Below, piece after piece: positions 10,332-22,254 of a stretch of DNA of 64,000 nucleotides. The notes beneath the pieces are model-generated. The model saw nothing but the letters and a program-made list of their open reading frames with translations. It was not told the DNA's origin and searched no databases. Position numbers and translations under genes: made by a program. The stretch is from Paecilomyces variotii (taxonomy: Eukaryota). Every line of letters starts with the position of its first letter. The first letter of the stretch is position 1. The stretch is taken from the NCBI GenBank assembly GCA_004022145.1, contig RCNU01000001.1. One strand, written 5' to 3'.

Positions 10332-11876
10332 ATGAGCGGACAGAAAGCGGTCGCGGAGAATATGCTTTGGGGGGGTCGATTCACTCGTCAGTCATGGTCA
10401 CTCAATTGCTGTTTCCCCGACCGTGTGAGTCACTGAAGCTAACCCGACAAATCTAGAGGGACTCGACCCTCTCATGGTCCAGTACAACCAGTCTCTGCCC
10501 TACGACCGGATCCTTTGGAGCCAGGATATTGCTGGATCGATCGCTTTCGCCAGAGCGAACAGCAAGACCGGCATCCTCACCCAGCACGAATTCGCCGAGA
10601 TTGAGCGCGGCTTCAAGCAGATCGCAGAGGAATGGCGGACAAATACCTTCGTCGTCAAGGAGAATGACGAGGATATCCACACCGCGAACGAGCGGAGGCT
10701 GAGCGAGATCATCGGGAAGGAAATTGGAGGAAAGCTGCACACGGGACGGTCCAGGAACGAACAGATTGCGACAGACATGAGACTCTGGCTCCGTGATGAG
10801 CTCCGCAAGCTGGACGGCTACCTGTCTGACCTGATCAAGGTCGCCATTGCCCGTGCAGAGAAGGAAATCGACTACATCATGCCTGGTTACACTCACCTGC
10901 AGAAAGCTCAGCCTGTTCGATGGAGCCACTGGCTGCTGTCCCACGCCACTGCATTCGCATCCGAACTGCAGCGTCTCCGTGAGGTCACCAAGCGTGTTAA
11001 CCGCAGCCCTCTGGGCACGGGTGCCTTGGCTGGAAACCCTTTCCACATTGACCGTGAGGCGATGGCCAAGGAATTGGGCTTCGAGGGCTTGCTGTACAAC
11101 TCGATGAACGCCGTTGGGGACCGTGACTTTGCCATGGAGACGATGCAGTGGGGTAGTTCGTTCATGCTGAAGATCTCTCGCTGGGCGGAGGATCTTATCA
11201 TCTACAGTAGTCTCGAGTTCGGTTTCGTCCGTCTGGCAGATGCGTACTCGACGGGCTCGTCCTTGATGCCTCAGAAGAAGAACGCAGGTGAGTCATCTTT
11301 TTTGGGGAGCCTTTTCTTTTCTTTTTTAAATTTATTTCATCAAACTGAAAGCTAACTCCGTGCATAGACAGTCTCGAACTTTTGCGAGGCAAGGCTGGCC
11401 GTGCCTTTGGCCACATGGCCGGTCTCATGATGACCATCAAGGGTCTGCCCACCACATACAACAAGGATCTCCAGGAGAGCGTGGAGCCTCTTCTCGACCA
11501 CATCAAGACTGTCGCCGATAGCATCCAGATCGCTACCGGTGTCCTATCCACTCTGACCACGATCCCAGAGAAGATGATCGCTGCTCTGGCACCTGAAATG
11601 CTCGCCACCGAGTTTGCTGACTACCTCGTCCGAAAGGGCGTGCCTTTCCGCGAGGGTCACCACATCTCCGGCCGTGTGGTCGCGCTGGCCGAGAAAAACA
11701 ATGTCCCCATGGACACTCTGACCTTGGAGCAGTTGAAGGGGATCGATGCTCGGTTTGACGAGGACGTCATGGCCTGTCTTGACTATGACCGTGCTGTTGA
11801 GCTGAAGGATGCCATTGGTGGCTGCAGCAAGCGTGCTGTGAGGGAGCAGATTGATGTGCTCAAGGGACTCCTCTAA
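10332..11876 (+). CDS. ARG4: Argininosuccinate lyase (exons 10332-10386, 10457-11287, 11368-11876)
   Basis: [36 protein letters not shown] and the signature [17 protein letters not shown] formed across intron 2. Confidence 0.97.
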
Positions 11877-12393
11877 GTTCATTATTTGATGCATGAAGAA
11901 TTTATATGTGTGACGCAGGTATCTTCGTACCAGGTGCTCTTCCGAAAAAGCATAGATGGATTATGTATATGTGAAGAGAAAATAAAATTAAACAGAGTTC
12001 GGGACATCAGCTGCATTCGGACTAGATTTATACTCACCAGAACAGTGTATGTAGTTCTTATTAGTATACTATACGTAATAGGCATATATCTCCTTGTTGA
12101 AGTAGTCACGGTCTCAGGCACCTGACTTCTTCAATAACATCGAACTGTGCACTACAAATACATCGCTCTCGAGGGAGAGGGCCCGCAGTCCTTAACCACT
12201 AGTCCACTGACTCGTTATCATGTCATTTTCACATATTGATAGATATACTGCATGCATTCTCTGGAGCAGCGCAGGTTGTTGATGTATATGTAAAGCCTCT
12301 GCTGGTAGGATGGTAACGTAACATTCGTATATATATGTCCCAGCTTTAGCCATCTTCTCTTCTCCTACACAAGCAATAATTACATAGAAACCA

Positions 12394-14554
12394 TTACTTC
12401 CCACCATCCAAATAATACGTAATCGGATACTTCAAAAACCGACACTGCTCCAAATCCTGAAACCCCGCCTGCCGACTCGGATAATCCATCAGTCGTATCG
12501 GTCCCTCACTCCCTTCAACTGGATTCCATGGTCCCGTCTCCCTCACAGCATCCAAGGTATTCACATACCCTCGTACCTTGAGATAATCCTCCTTCGGATT
12601 CGGTTGGCCTGACTTGACGAATTCCGCAAAGTAGCCTGATGTCAACTGCATCGAGGACAGATCATCTGCGTCTCGAAGAGTGGTCAACGTGCCAAATACC
12701 CATGGGAGGTCGGACCCGTGCAGACGGAAATAAGGCAGGTTCGGATCTCCGTATGGGTATTCTGGTGTAGATGGGGGTCCGCCGAGGTTATTGGGGTCGT
12801 AGCCACCAAATGTACGTTCCATTTGATAGTAATATGTAGAGGAGGATGGGAAGACGCCGGATTTCATGCCCGCGTAGACGGTGGCTTGGTCGATGCAGCG
12901 GAATTGGTTATCTGTTGCGATGCGTTGGGAGACGTTGAAGGAGTCGAGGGTGATGTTGCCGGTGTCGTAGTAGGGGAAGAGGCCAGAGTCAATGATGCTT
13001 TGGGCATAGGAGGTGCTGATGCTTAGAGAGGTGGCGATGCCTTCTACTTCAGAGCTGATGGGTGTTTGGGGGTATGTTGAAAAGGATGCGCCGTCGTTGG
13101 CGCAGTTGCCGAATATAACGGGGACATGGGCGGTGCTACCGTTCCTGTTGACGAGGTCGAGTTCTTCTGTATTCACATAATGGCCGTCCTGGACAACGTA
13201 TCTCGCGACGGTGGAGAGTCCGACAAGGGATAGGGCTGGAACTTGTTTCAGACATTCGATCTGTGCTGTGAGATCGGTCTGGTTGCACCCAGCACCTGAG
13301 AAGATCTGTTCTCCAGCGGCAGTGTAGGATTCTGCTATTGTCAAGTAGGAGCTATATGTTGTCGCGTAGTCTCCTGTCAAACCGAGATCAACACCGCCGC
13401 CAAGGTTGGACATGGCAATGGCTCCCTGGAACTTTCCCAGGGCTGGGGGGGATCCAAGCAGGACGCGAACTGAGCCTGCTCCTGCAGATTCGCCGATAAT
13501 GGTAATCTGATTGGGATCTCCACCGAATTGGGCAATATTATGGATAGTCCACTATAGATATACTTTGTTAGCTGTTGTTCCGATAGCATAAAAGAAATTT
13601 AATACGGCTTGCCTGCAATGCCGTAATTTGATCAGCGATTCCATAATTCCCCTTGATTCCCGCCCCCGGAATAGCAAGGAATCCCAACGTGGATAAACGA
13701 TAGTTGATCGTAACAACAACAATATCCTCGCGAGAGGCCAAATTGCCTCCGTCCGTTTCGGGATCTGCCCCTGAACCACTTGTGAAACCACCTCCATGGA
13801 TCCAGAACAGGACGGGCTTCAGCGTTTCCTTCGAGTTGGCTCTAGGGATGTAAGGCGTCATGATGTTCAGGAAGAGACAGTCTTCGCTTCCGCTGCCCAC
13901 TTGTGCGCATTGCGATCCGTAGGATGTGGTCTGGATGGTCTGAGATTTCTTTGAATAGAGCTTTGGATAAGTGAACCTCTCAGGTGGATCGGCGTATGGG
14001 ATGCCTAGGAAGCGAAATGACTTCTGGTTGCGATATCCAATGTATGTGTTTCCGCTTGAAGTGATCTGGATTTCATTTGATGTCGTAGCACCTCCTGTGG
14101 TACTATTTTCGTTGCTTGACTGTGTACATAGTACAGGCAGCTCGGCAGCATCTGGGGAGGATTCAGAGAACGTCAAATGAGAAACGCCTTCTTCCACTGA
14201 GACAGCACCCTCTTTAATCCAATACCTCTGGCTAGGAACACTCCTTCCAGAATACTCTAGATAGGATAAAGTATTGACAAAGTCATCCTGATGCTCCTGT
14301 AGAGTGCTTCGAGATAACAGCGACTCGCCAACAGCCGCACATCCATCCGTCGCTTGCTCTTTGCTCATAGGATCAAGCAGGATTGCCCCAACATGATTAA
14401 CATCATCAGAAGCATTCAGGTTATTCTGATACAGAAGAGTGAGTGATGTCTTGGCATTGGTAGCTAGCGTACTTGTATTCCCACGAGAGCCATTGGGGTA
14501 TCCGACGGCAGCACCCAAGAGGCATGCAAGAATACCGAGCTTTGACAACATCAT
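12394..14554 (-). CDS. Secreted type-B carboxylesterase/lipase (exons 14554-13613, 13551-12394)
   Basis: Signal peptide, FLGIPYA, SEDCLFLNI, WIHGGGF oxyanion motif, NYRL, FGGDP, catalytic GESAG, HGSDL. The single intron has a GC donor. Confidence 0.93.
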
Positions 14555-15677
14555 GGCTCCCGCGGATGGTACGAACCGCTAGCCATACAGCGCGCAGTGC
14601 AGATTATTAGATAGGAACTCCATGGTCCACGGCGGGTTTTTATGTGCCTTGAGACAATAACGCGCTACTGTCTCCTATCGTCCGAGTAATGCTGATCATA
14701 TCTTCTTCAAATTAGCCTATATTGAAGGGGTCTCCACTTTTCAGAACAGTAGTACAGGACCACTGGGGTTGTAAAAGAAGTTCAAAAAGATTCGTGGCTA
14801 AATACTGCAGTCGATTAGTTGCTTAATGAATGCGTGCCGTTTTCTTGAATTCTGCAAGGGAGAATGCGGGGGAAGCTCGTGATGCTTGAAAATCCCTCCA
14901 ATGGGATGGCTCATCGTGGGAACAAAATAAATGCACGATATTCTAAGCCTGCATTGGCTATAATAAACCTGGGGTAATAGATCTGGAGAAATAAGTATTA
15001 TCCGAATCTAATCTGCCGTGGAATAACCTTTGACTGTCTCTTGGAAGAAGTGGTGTTCTGAGGCACGAGGACGATTATTTACCTGGATGAGTAAATGTTC
15101 CATTGTACTGGAGCTTCTTAACTCGTACATCCACTTGATTCTTTGCGCGAGATGCTAGACTGCTGTCCTTTGTGACTCTTTGATGAAATGTATTCTTTTG
15201 TTTGATCAAAATCATAGCATCTTTCCTGTCGTGGAATCCACTGTTCCTTTGTATACCTATTCAAGGCAAGTCGCCAAACGGACGTGCGCGCCGCAGATAC
15301 GGAGACTGACCAGCCTTGCGGATACAATTATATCCTTCAGGTAATACCTATAGTTGCTATGATAAACGACACAGAAAATGAATTAGCACGAGCGCAAAAG
15401 TTATTCACCTGCGTCTCTCAATCAACGGCAGTACCATTGAGGGCTTCATTTTGCTATGAAACCCAACAACGCTCGTTCTAGAGGCCCACTTAATGATAAT
15501 ATCCTCCATCGAGCATTATACGATTTCACTTTCTTTGTTTCCAACAGTATCAAACAAAGCGGAGCTATCCCCCGGGACGCAACCCCTGCAGCCTATCAAA
15601 GCCAGCTCACCCAGGGCTCTCTCCCATTCACCCACGCCACATATATAACAAACAAAGGTTCACCACAACAACAGGGA

Positions 15678-15929
15678 GCCTTGATGGCTCAGTGGTTAGA
15701 TCCTCTGCTCTAGCTACTGGTACCACAAAGGCCCCCTGTTCGAATCAGTCGGTTGACGCGAGGTAATTAGAATAGGTTCATCCCTTCCTTCTAATCACCG
15801 AGGACCGTCGTAAAATCCGCAGATTCGCAGAATGCAAAATCCTGCCTGCCAAAAGCATGGTGGGCTTTTCGTAGCATCCTTTACAGCTCTCTGATATAAA
15901 GGAGAGTTGTGAAGGGTGTGAGCTTTTTT
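15678..15929 (+). ncRNA. Putative RNA polymerase III transcript with tRNA-derived head and structured body (unidentified ncRNA or tRNA-SINE)
   Basis: ATATATAA 15641-15648, A box TGGCTCAGTGG 15685-15695, B box GTTCGAATC 15738-15746, several hairpins including an 18-bp stem 15875-15918, T6 at 15924-15929 and T7 at 15941-15947. Acceptor stem does not close, so not an intact tRNA. Confidence 0.7.
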
Positions 15930-15998
15930 GGGTCCGTGACTTTTTTTCTTTCATGTCGTTTTTGGCGTATAATCTTTGTGGTTGCGTTGATAAAAATA

Positions 15999-16174
15999 TG
16001 TCAGCGCATAAAGCGAACGCCAGGTGATCTGTCTTTGAATCGTAGAACCTGCTAGATTACTTGATTACTCTAGATCCTTTGTATACCTTTAGAGATAAAT
16101 ATGGGTTCAACTCTCCTCTAGATCTAAACGTAAACAAGCGATTCTAGTTTTTCAGGTCAGACCTTGCTTCCGTG
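15999..16174 (+). repeat. Degenerate dispersed repeat, copy 1 (copy 2 at 55361-55564)
   Basis: Collinear shared blocks: TGTCAGCGCATAAAGCGAACG-CCAGGTGATCTGTC, AACCTGCTAGATT, TAGAGATAAATATG-GGTTCAAC, TTCAGGTCAGACCTTGCTTCCGTG. Confidence 0.8.
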
Positions 16175-16789
16175 CTAAATGATTAGACATAATACCTACC
16201 TAATATGTGATATTGAGTAAGCCATGCTGTTGTTTGATATATATATAATGACGGCTATGCCAAATCACACATTAGATAAATTGCAAGTATGCATATATAC
16301 CTGATTAGGCCACTAGATAGACACCAAGCGTATCATGCAAGCACCTCACAAGATGAGTGCCAGCGACTTGAAAAGAACGCGAGCAGCCGTAGCCCAAAGT
16401 ACCTTGAGAACTATGATGATGACTAAATTTGTGCTACGCTGAGAGCGACAGCCTGTGGTATTACTAGCTGAACACCTATGTGACACTCATCGGAAAGGAA
16501 CCTTGTGCTAGACCTTCAAAGGGGATCCGACTTAGACCTATAGACTCCTAGCTTTGGCGATATTTTTCGGCTTCCTGTAGCGTCAACAAACATGGAGGAC
16601 TCCAGGAGCGGGAAAGTGAATGTGCTAGGACAGTAGATATACAGTACAAGCAAGGAGAATACCAATCTGTGATGACTACTTTGCACGTAGACGAGGGGCT
16701 TTCAAGTGATGTAACACACAATGAGCTTCAGTGAGATACTACAACCTCAAAGCTCCATGTGAATTGCCTGGTCTATGGAATATAACCAC

Positions 16790-17760
16790 ATCTATGAGTG
16801 TCCTGGCTGGACTTGCTTGGTGCCATGGCCAAACCTGAGAGCAGTAGCGCATATCTCAAGGGTGAAACAAGAGACAGCGCGGAGTCGACGCATTTCACAA
16901 GGCTGAGGGCTTGTACGGAATACTTGAACTGTCTAACTGGCAACTTCTGTCGGATCCAACAAGTTTCAGGGAAGAAGGGAATGGGGCATGCGAGAAGGAA
17001 GACCGCGGGGCTTGACGGACTGCTTCCACATGTCGAAAACAGGATCGATGAATTTGTCAGTCTGCTGGTCGCGTAACTAGGTATTATCATCATTAATTGA
17101 GTGAGTGGTGGGCCTTGCTTTCATGACGACATCCCGGCTGACTGATACTTGCTCAGGGGAACGCGCAGATACCGCCTGAAAAGAACAAATGATGCTAGAT
17201 ATTTTAACGGAGGACACCCGGGCCAACAGATGGCAATGGCTCTTTGCTTTGTTATCATGTGCCTTGCTCAGCAGCTCAGCTTAGCCACAGATCAGTATCC
17301 GGTCTATTGGAAGATGGGACATGCGCCGTCAGTTTCTCACATAAGCGGATCCTGACAGCTGTCAAACCGAGAGGTTGGACCTGGACAGTGACGATCGTTC
17401 TATGTTGACAAGGACAAGATTTGATTTGGTGTCTAGTGGTCAATAGTTTGAGCTCGCGTCTCGGTTATGGCAGGAGTCGATTGGTCCGATAGAACGCATA
17501 GACCAAAAGGTAGTCTTATCTGACTTGAACTCTTTACCACGGCGGGGAAAGCTTGGTCTGGATTGTAAATCATTCAAGTTCGTAGTTAGCCTGGACGGCA
17601 TTAGGTAAGTGCAGACAATGGTGCTGGTTAGACGAGGCTTGTTCAGAATCGGAGAATACTCTGCTGCATGGTCCCCGTTACTTCGTCGATTAGGGGCCGA
17701 TTCGGATGGAACCGCACGATTGGGAACCATCACCATCTTAGTCTGAAGACCAAGCCGAAG
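16790..17760 (+). pseudogene. Possible cytochrome P450 relic
   Basis: Broken peptides in plausible order (GNFCRI; HARRKTAG...LLPHVENRIDEFVSLL; AWSPLLRRLGADSDGTARLG) reminiscent of the N-terminal half of fungal P450s. No heme motif found. Confidence 0.25.
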
Positions 17761-20380
17761 AACCCCGGTCGTCCTTGCGGCTGAAGCCCGAGGAGAAGAA
17801 GACAGGGATCAGAAGCCTTACCAGGTCAGCCCTATCACTGAGACTTGTCATTTTTTTTTTCGACGATGCCATGCTAGGAAGTAGGAACCAAGACGATGAT
17901 GGGCTTGATACTCAAACTGTCCTCGCCTGGCGCAGGTGACACCGTGTGGAATCTGGATAGTTGGCACTGCTTGTCAGGTCAACGGGCATTTCGGATGATA
18001 CTATGAAGCTAAGTAGCTGACAGCAACAGTCACGCGAAGCTTTGTTGGTCCGCATGGAATGGATTATTATCGCGTCCGCGCGTACATTTTCTTCCAAGTG
18101 CCCCGCAGACGGGACAACATCAAGAAAGAAACCCATTATTATTGCTCCAGGATCATCTGTTAGACTAGACCAGCACGGAGATTCGCGGACAGACCTCCAT
18201 CCCTGTTCTCTCCAGCACATCATATTAGGTGATTGAGCAAATGCAGCTAAAACATTCATATTGCATATCTCTGGTTTTCGGACAGTCCGCGCCAAGCATC
18301 GATTCCTGCAGAGCGGCGTAATCCGCGAGAAAGCCCCTAATCGAACGCACAGCCACAGGTCCTATCGACAATCTCCTGCAGATCAATCTGTCAACTTGTC
18401 AACTAAGACGAAGCGTACGGAGTAGTTATCCTGTCTCCACGTCGATCACAATCAAGTTCAAGGTCCTTCTACTCCAGAACCAGCGCAATGGTAATGTCAT
18501 GGCCGTTGCCTCGGCATGTCAAATCTAGGCTAATGAGATTCAATGCTCAGGAAAGGTGACACCATCAATCGCTCTCGTCGACGTGATCCGTCCTTGATTT
18601 GCAAAAGAGATAATATCAGGTCTCCTGCGCGAAATCAAGTTGGCTTGACCGGAATACTCCGTCAGTAAGCACAGTAGCAGTATAGTACATAGCACGAAAA
18701 CATTCTTATTATTCCGGATTAGTTGACACGAAAACGTTCCGTGCTAGATCACGCTAGAAAACAATGTCACATAAGAGCCAAAAGGACACGCGAATCGCAC
18801 GGACTTCGAAGAACCTTCTGTGTGGCTCGTGAACAAAAAAAAAAGGGCGCCAAAATTTTTAGAAGAAAAAACAGTCTGACAAAAAAGCTTCCGAGGGCTG
18901 GCTGAATGCCCTACTACTCTAAAGCCTCGGCTCCAATCCGCACGGACACTCTGCTGAACCGAACCCTAATATTATTATTGTGAGTCGGTTATTTCCGTGG
19001 GAATGACTTCTATGGTACTCTATAATTTAATCCCTGCAAGAAAGAGCCAGGCCAAAACTAAATCCGAATAGGATCAATGTCGCGAAGCCGAAGCGGTCTA
19101 TCGTGGTATAGTTCGTTCGTTCGTACCATAGTAATTACAGTGGAACACCCAACCCATGGTCAGCGAAAAGCATAATGCGAACCAATCTCAAAAGTGGCTG
19201 GTATTGTACCTCGGAAGTTGAGTCGGAACACACAAAATCGAGGCGCAAAACCACGATATGTGGCTTATCTCGGAAAAGCAAAAAAAAAAAAAAAAAAAAA
19301 GATTTTTCCCAATTTCAATATGTATTTTAGTGGTTCTCGTCCCCACATTCCGACATCTTATTTCTCTTTCGACTTTTTTGGGATTGCAGGAACCGGTGGG
19401 CATAGCCACAGCGCCACAGGATCGATCGAAGATGGGGAAGAACTACTAACGAGTTTAGTTCGGCGCTACCACTAGTTCGCACTTCGTTCCATCGCACCCC
19501 AGTCGGCGATCAAGGGTCTAGGATCTAGGTACGGATTCGTATCCGGGTTTTCGGGTCGTGGCTTGATTTGATCAACTTGCTTTCTTTCACCGTTTGGTTA
19601 AATCATGGGGGGCTGGTGAGATTAAGATGGGCCTTACTTGAGGCTATTGAAGGGCAGGTGACACAAGTGAGATACAATCATTTTTTTGTTGGTTTTTTTT
19701 CTCTCGTCTCTTGTGGAATATGTTGTGGACTGGTTGTTTTCGGGGTTTACTATGTGGGGAACGTCATGGAGAGCAGAGTACGTACTCCGGGTGCGGAACT
19801 CAGTGTAGATAGATAGTACTAGTAGTAAAAAAGACTAAGAGGAGAATAATGCACAACACAGAAGGATTTTCTCTCAAGAATGTCTTGATTCTTTTGCATT
19901 TTTTTGCAAATTCTCTATCTATCTAATTTCCTTCTTGATCATTCTGATCATTCCGTCACAATTTGGTATACATGATATGTATGAAAGAGTAGAAATCCCA
20001 TGTCCACAAGAAAAAAAGAGATTCGCTGAAGAGCGGCGATAGACAAGTGAAACACCAAGAAGAAAATATAAACTCCAGAACTATCCATGTCGTGTAAAAT
20101 ATAGTCGCGGGTCGCCCGTATGTAAGAAACCAACTCCGTGCTCGCTAAATCGCTTCGTGAAATGAAATGTGATGACACTCAAGATAAGAGACATAATGGA
20201 AATATAATATGGCGGGATTTGTGCGTCTCGCCGGTCGCAGATAGTAAGGAGATGTCCGACGCGGTATGTATGGGCGAACATTGTACGGGAAGTCGAGGTA
20301 ATGATATGTCCGAAATGGTGGTGAGAATTAGGTTGATTAAGAATGAGAAATGAACGATTGATAAAAAGGTTCGATTCGAT

Positions 20381-20790
20381 TTAAAGATTGTTGAGATATT
20401 GACTTCTCAGGTCGTTTGTACTCCGCGTATCGCGTTTGAGGATTCGTCGGAAGCGAGACATCAGGCGCGTCTTTTTCGAGTCGTGGTAAGAGCTGCTGAA
20501 GGAGGTGTTGGTTGGGCTGGGAGGCTCTGCAGTTGCATAGGCACCGGCCCAGTGACCGAGGCCATTTTCACCCGAGTACCACTCTGGAGGATAAACCGGA
20601 GACTGCTGGAGAGCTGACACATGGGGATACAATGTCCCCAGAGGATTGAGGAGCTCTTGAGATGGAGGCGGGCGATTGATATAGGGAGTTCGATCGCTCT
20701 ACAATGGATGTTAGTAAAAGAGTTTTTTGCATTCCTATGAGGCTGTCAGGAGGAACTTACATAGAGCTCGTAGTTGGTCTTGTAAGCCAT
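20381..20790 (-). CDS. Small orphan protein, 115 aa (exons 20790-20761, 20698-20381)
   Basis: MAYKTNYELY joined by a textbook intron (GTAAGT...TACTAAC...TAG, 20760-20699) in frame to SDRTPYINRPPP...RSQYLNNL*; ATG in CACCATGG context. Confidence 0.75.
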
Positions 20791-21728
20791 GGTGGTGTAC
20801 GGATGATGGGATGGATGGTTGGTATGTGTGCGAAGGGATGAGACAGTGACTTCGCAGGAGTCAAAGTATATCGAGTGCGACGAAAGGTTTTTGAGTTCTG
20901 CTGGGGTGCAGGTACCGATGTATATGGAGTCAAGGAGTGTGAGACTCTGGAGGAGCTGTGAGATGATGTCTTGGTGGGAGCAAGGGAGAAGATATGGCTG
21001 CATGAAGGTGTTTATTTAAGCTACCAGCACGACGGCTGACTGCGATGAAGGGCGAGCTGACATTTCCGCATTCGGAAATGCGATAACCTCGATCCCCTCC
21101 GTCTGTGTATCCCCCAATATCAGTGCTCGCAAGATTTGGAATTTGGCCCCGCTGCAGGATCTGGTTAAGTCGATCTGATAGTTTGGGCGCCAACTAGTGG
21201 AAAGCAGATTTCAGGTGCATTAGCGTGTCTTTAGTGTCGCAAGTGAACCATCAGCCTTCCAGGGTCGCGCTGGGCTGGAGACCTCATCCCCAAAGCACGG
21301 GCGATCTCCACCGCATCTTGCTCAGAACATCCTTGATGATCTCCCCATAGCGCAAATCCTGACGTTACCGTGTTCTCATGATCGATGCAAGGGCTGATGG
21401 CCTTCCCTCGTTTCAGGACATGCATGCTCCCGAGATACACACGTTGCCGACATCCGGGGGGGGGGCGGGAGCCGATTCCAACTGATTCATGCTGGGTAAC
21501 TATTGATGTTCGGACTGCGACAACCTAAAAAAAGGCGGTATATTATAATAATAGTCGTTGTGTTGTGTTTCCTTCTGATATTATTATGTATTACTATTGT
21601 TTTGAGGCTATCCATTCCATGGATCGCACGAACACATAGTCTAATTTCTTAGACTTTTCTTTTGGGTGAAAGGCCGGAGCATCCGTGGAAGCGTATCTAA
21701 CCCTAGAGTATCCGACCGAGGTTCGCTA

Positions 21729-21846
21729 GTGGCCTCAGGCCGTGGAGATCAAGCCCCCCGAGAATGCACTGCCACTTACTAGCCACGACCATCAATCAGC
21801 CACGTAATGTGGCTCATCATTCTCCTGTGGCTAGAGACATGTGGCT
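21729..21846. promoter_or_regulatory. Cluster of GTGGC(T)/(A)GCCAC motifs, CrzA/Crz1 CDRE-like
   Basis: GTGGC at 21729, 21809, 21827, 21841 and GCCAC at 21771, 21782, 21799, between two divergent genes. Confidence 0.5.
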
Positions 21847-22254
21847 TGCTCCCATCCCCTGTACCCGTTCGTGAATTCTCGATAGCAGGTCAATAGCCTC
21901 AAATTCCCGGCACCGTTCCGTGCGCTTAGCTCCACCATAAGCGCTCTTCTCGTAGCAATGACAGCACGTACTAGGCTATGGCTTGTTCCAAACATTCCGT
22001 TTCAGACCCTGATCGGCTCTTCTGCTACCAAGCCCCGCGAAAGTCTAGTTCACACCGACTTCATCCCTAGGCACTGTGGTACGACCGATGGGCGGGGCAC
22101 GAGCTGGTATAAGGATGTGCCATATCCCAGCCTCAGGGCCACAGGTTTCAAGTTCTGATACTCAACAGAAAAGCTCAATTGTCTATGGATTAATGGGTGG
22201 CCTGTGAGAGAGACCTTCGCATTCTTCCCGTCTACTTCTTTCTTCCGTTATCAT

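Noticed and set aside
11289-11295. Third TGAGTCA in ARG4
   Set aside because: It is just the GTGAGT splice donor of intron 2.
15678-15757. Intact tRNA gene
   Set aside because: A and B boxes are present but the acceptor stem has no partner, the T stem pairs only 3 bp and no clear anticodon arm forms.
18962-18969. AACCCTAA as a telomerase RNA template in a gene-free interval
   Set aside because: Only 8 nt, expected by chance in 64 kb; I could not identify a pseudoknot or CR4/5 element. A covariance-model search would settle it.
19280-19300. A21 tract as a retroposon tail
   Set aside because: No upstream element body or target-site duplication recognised.
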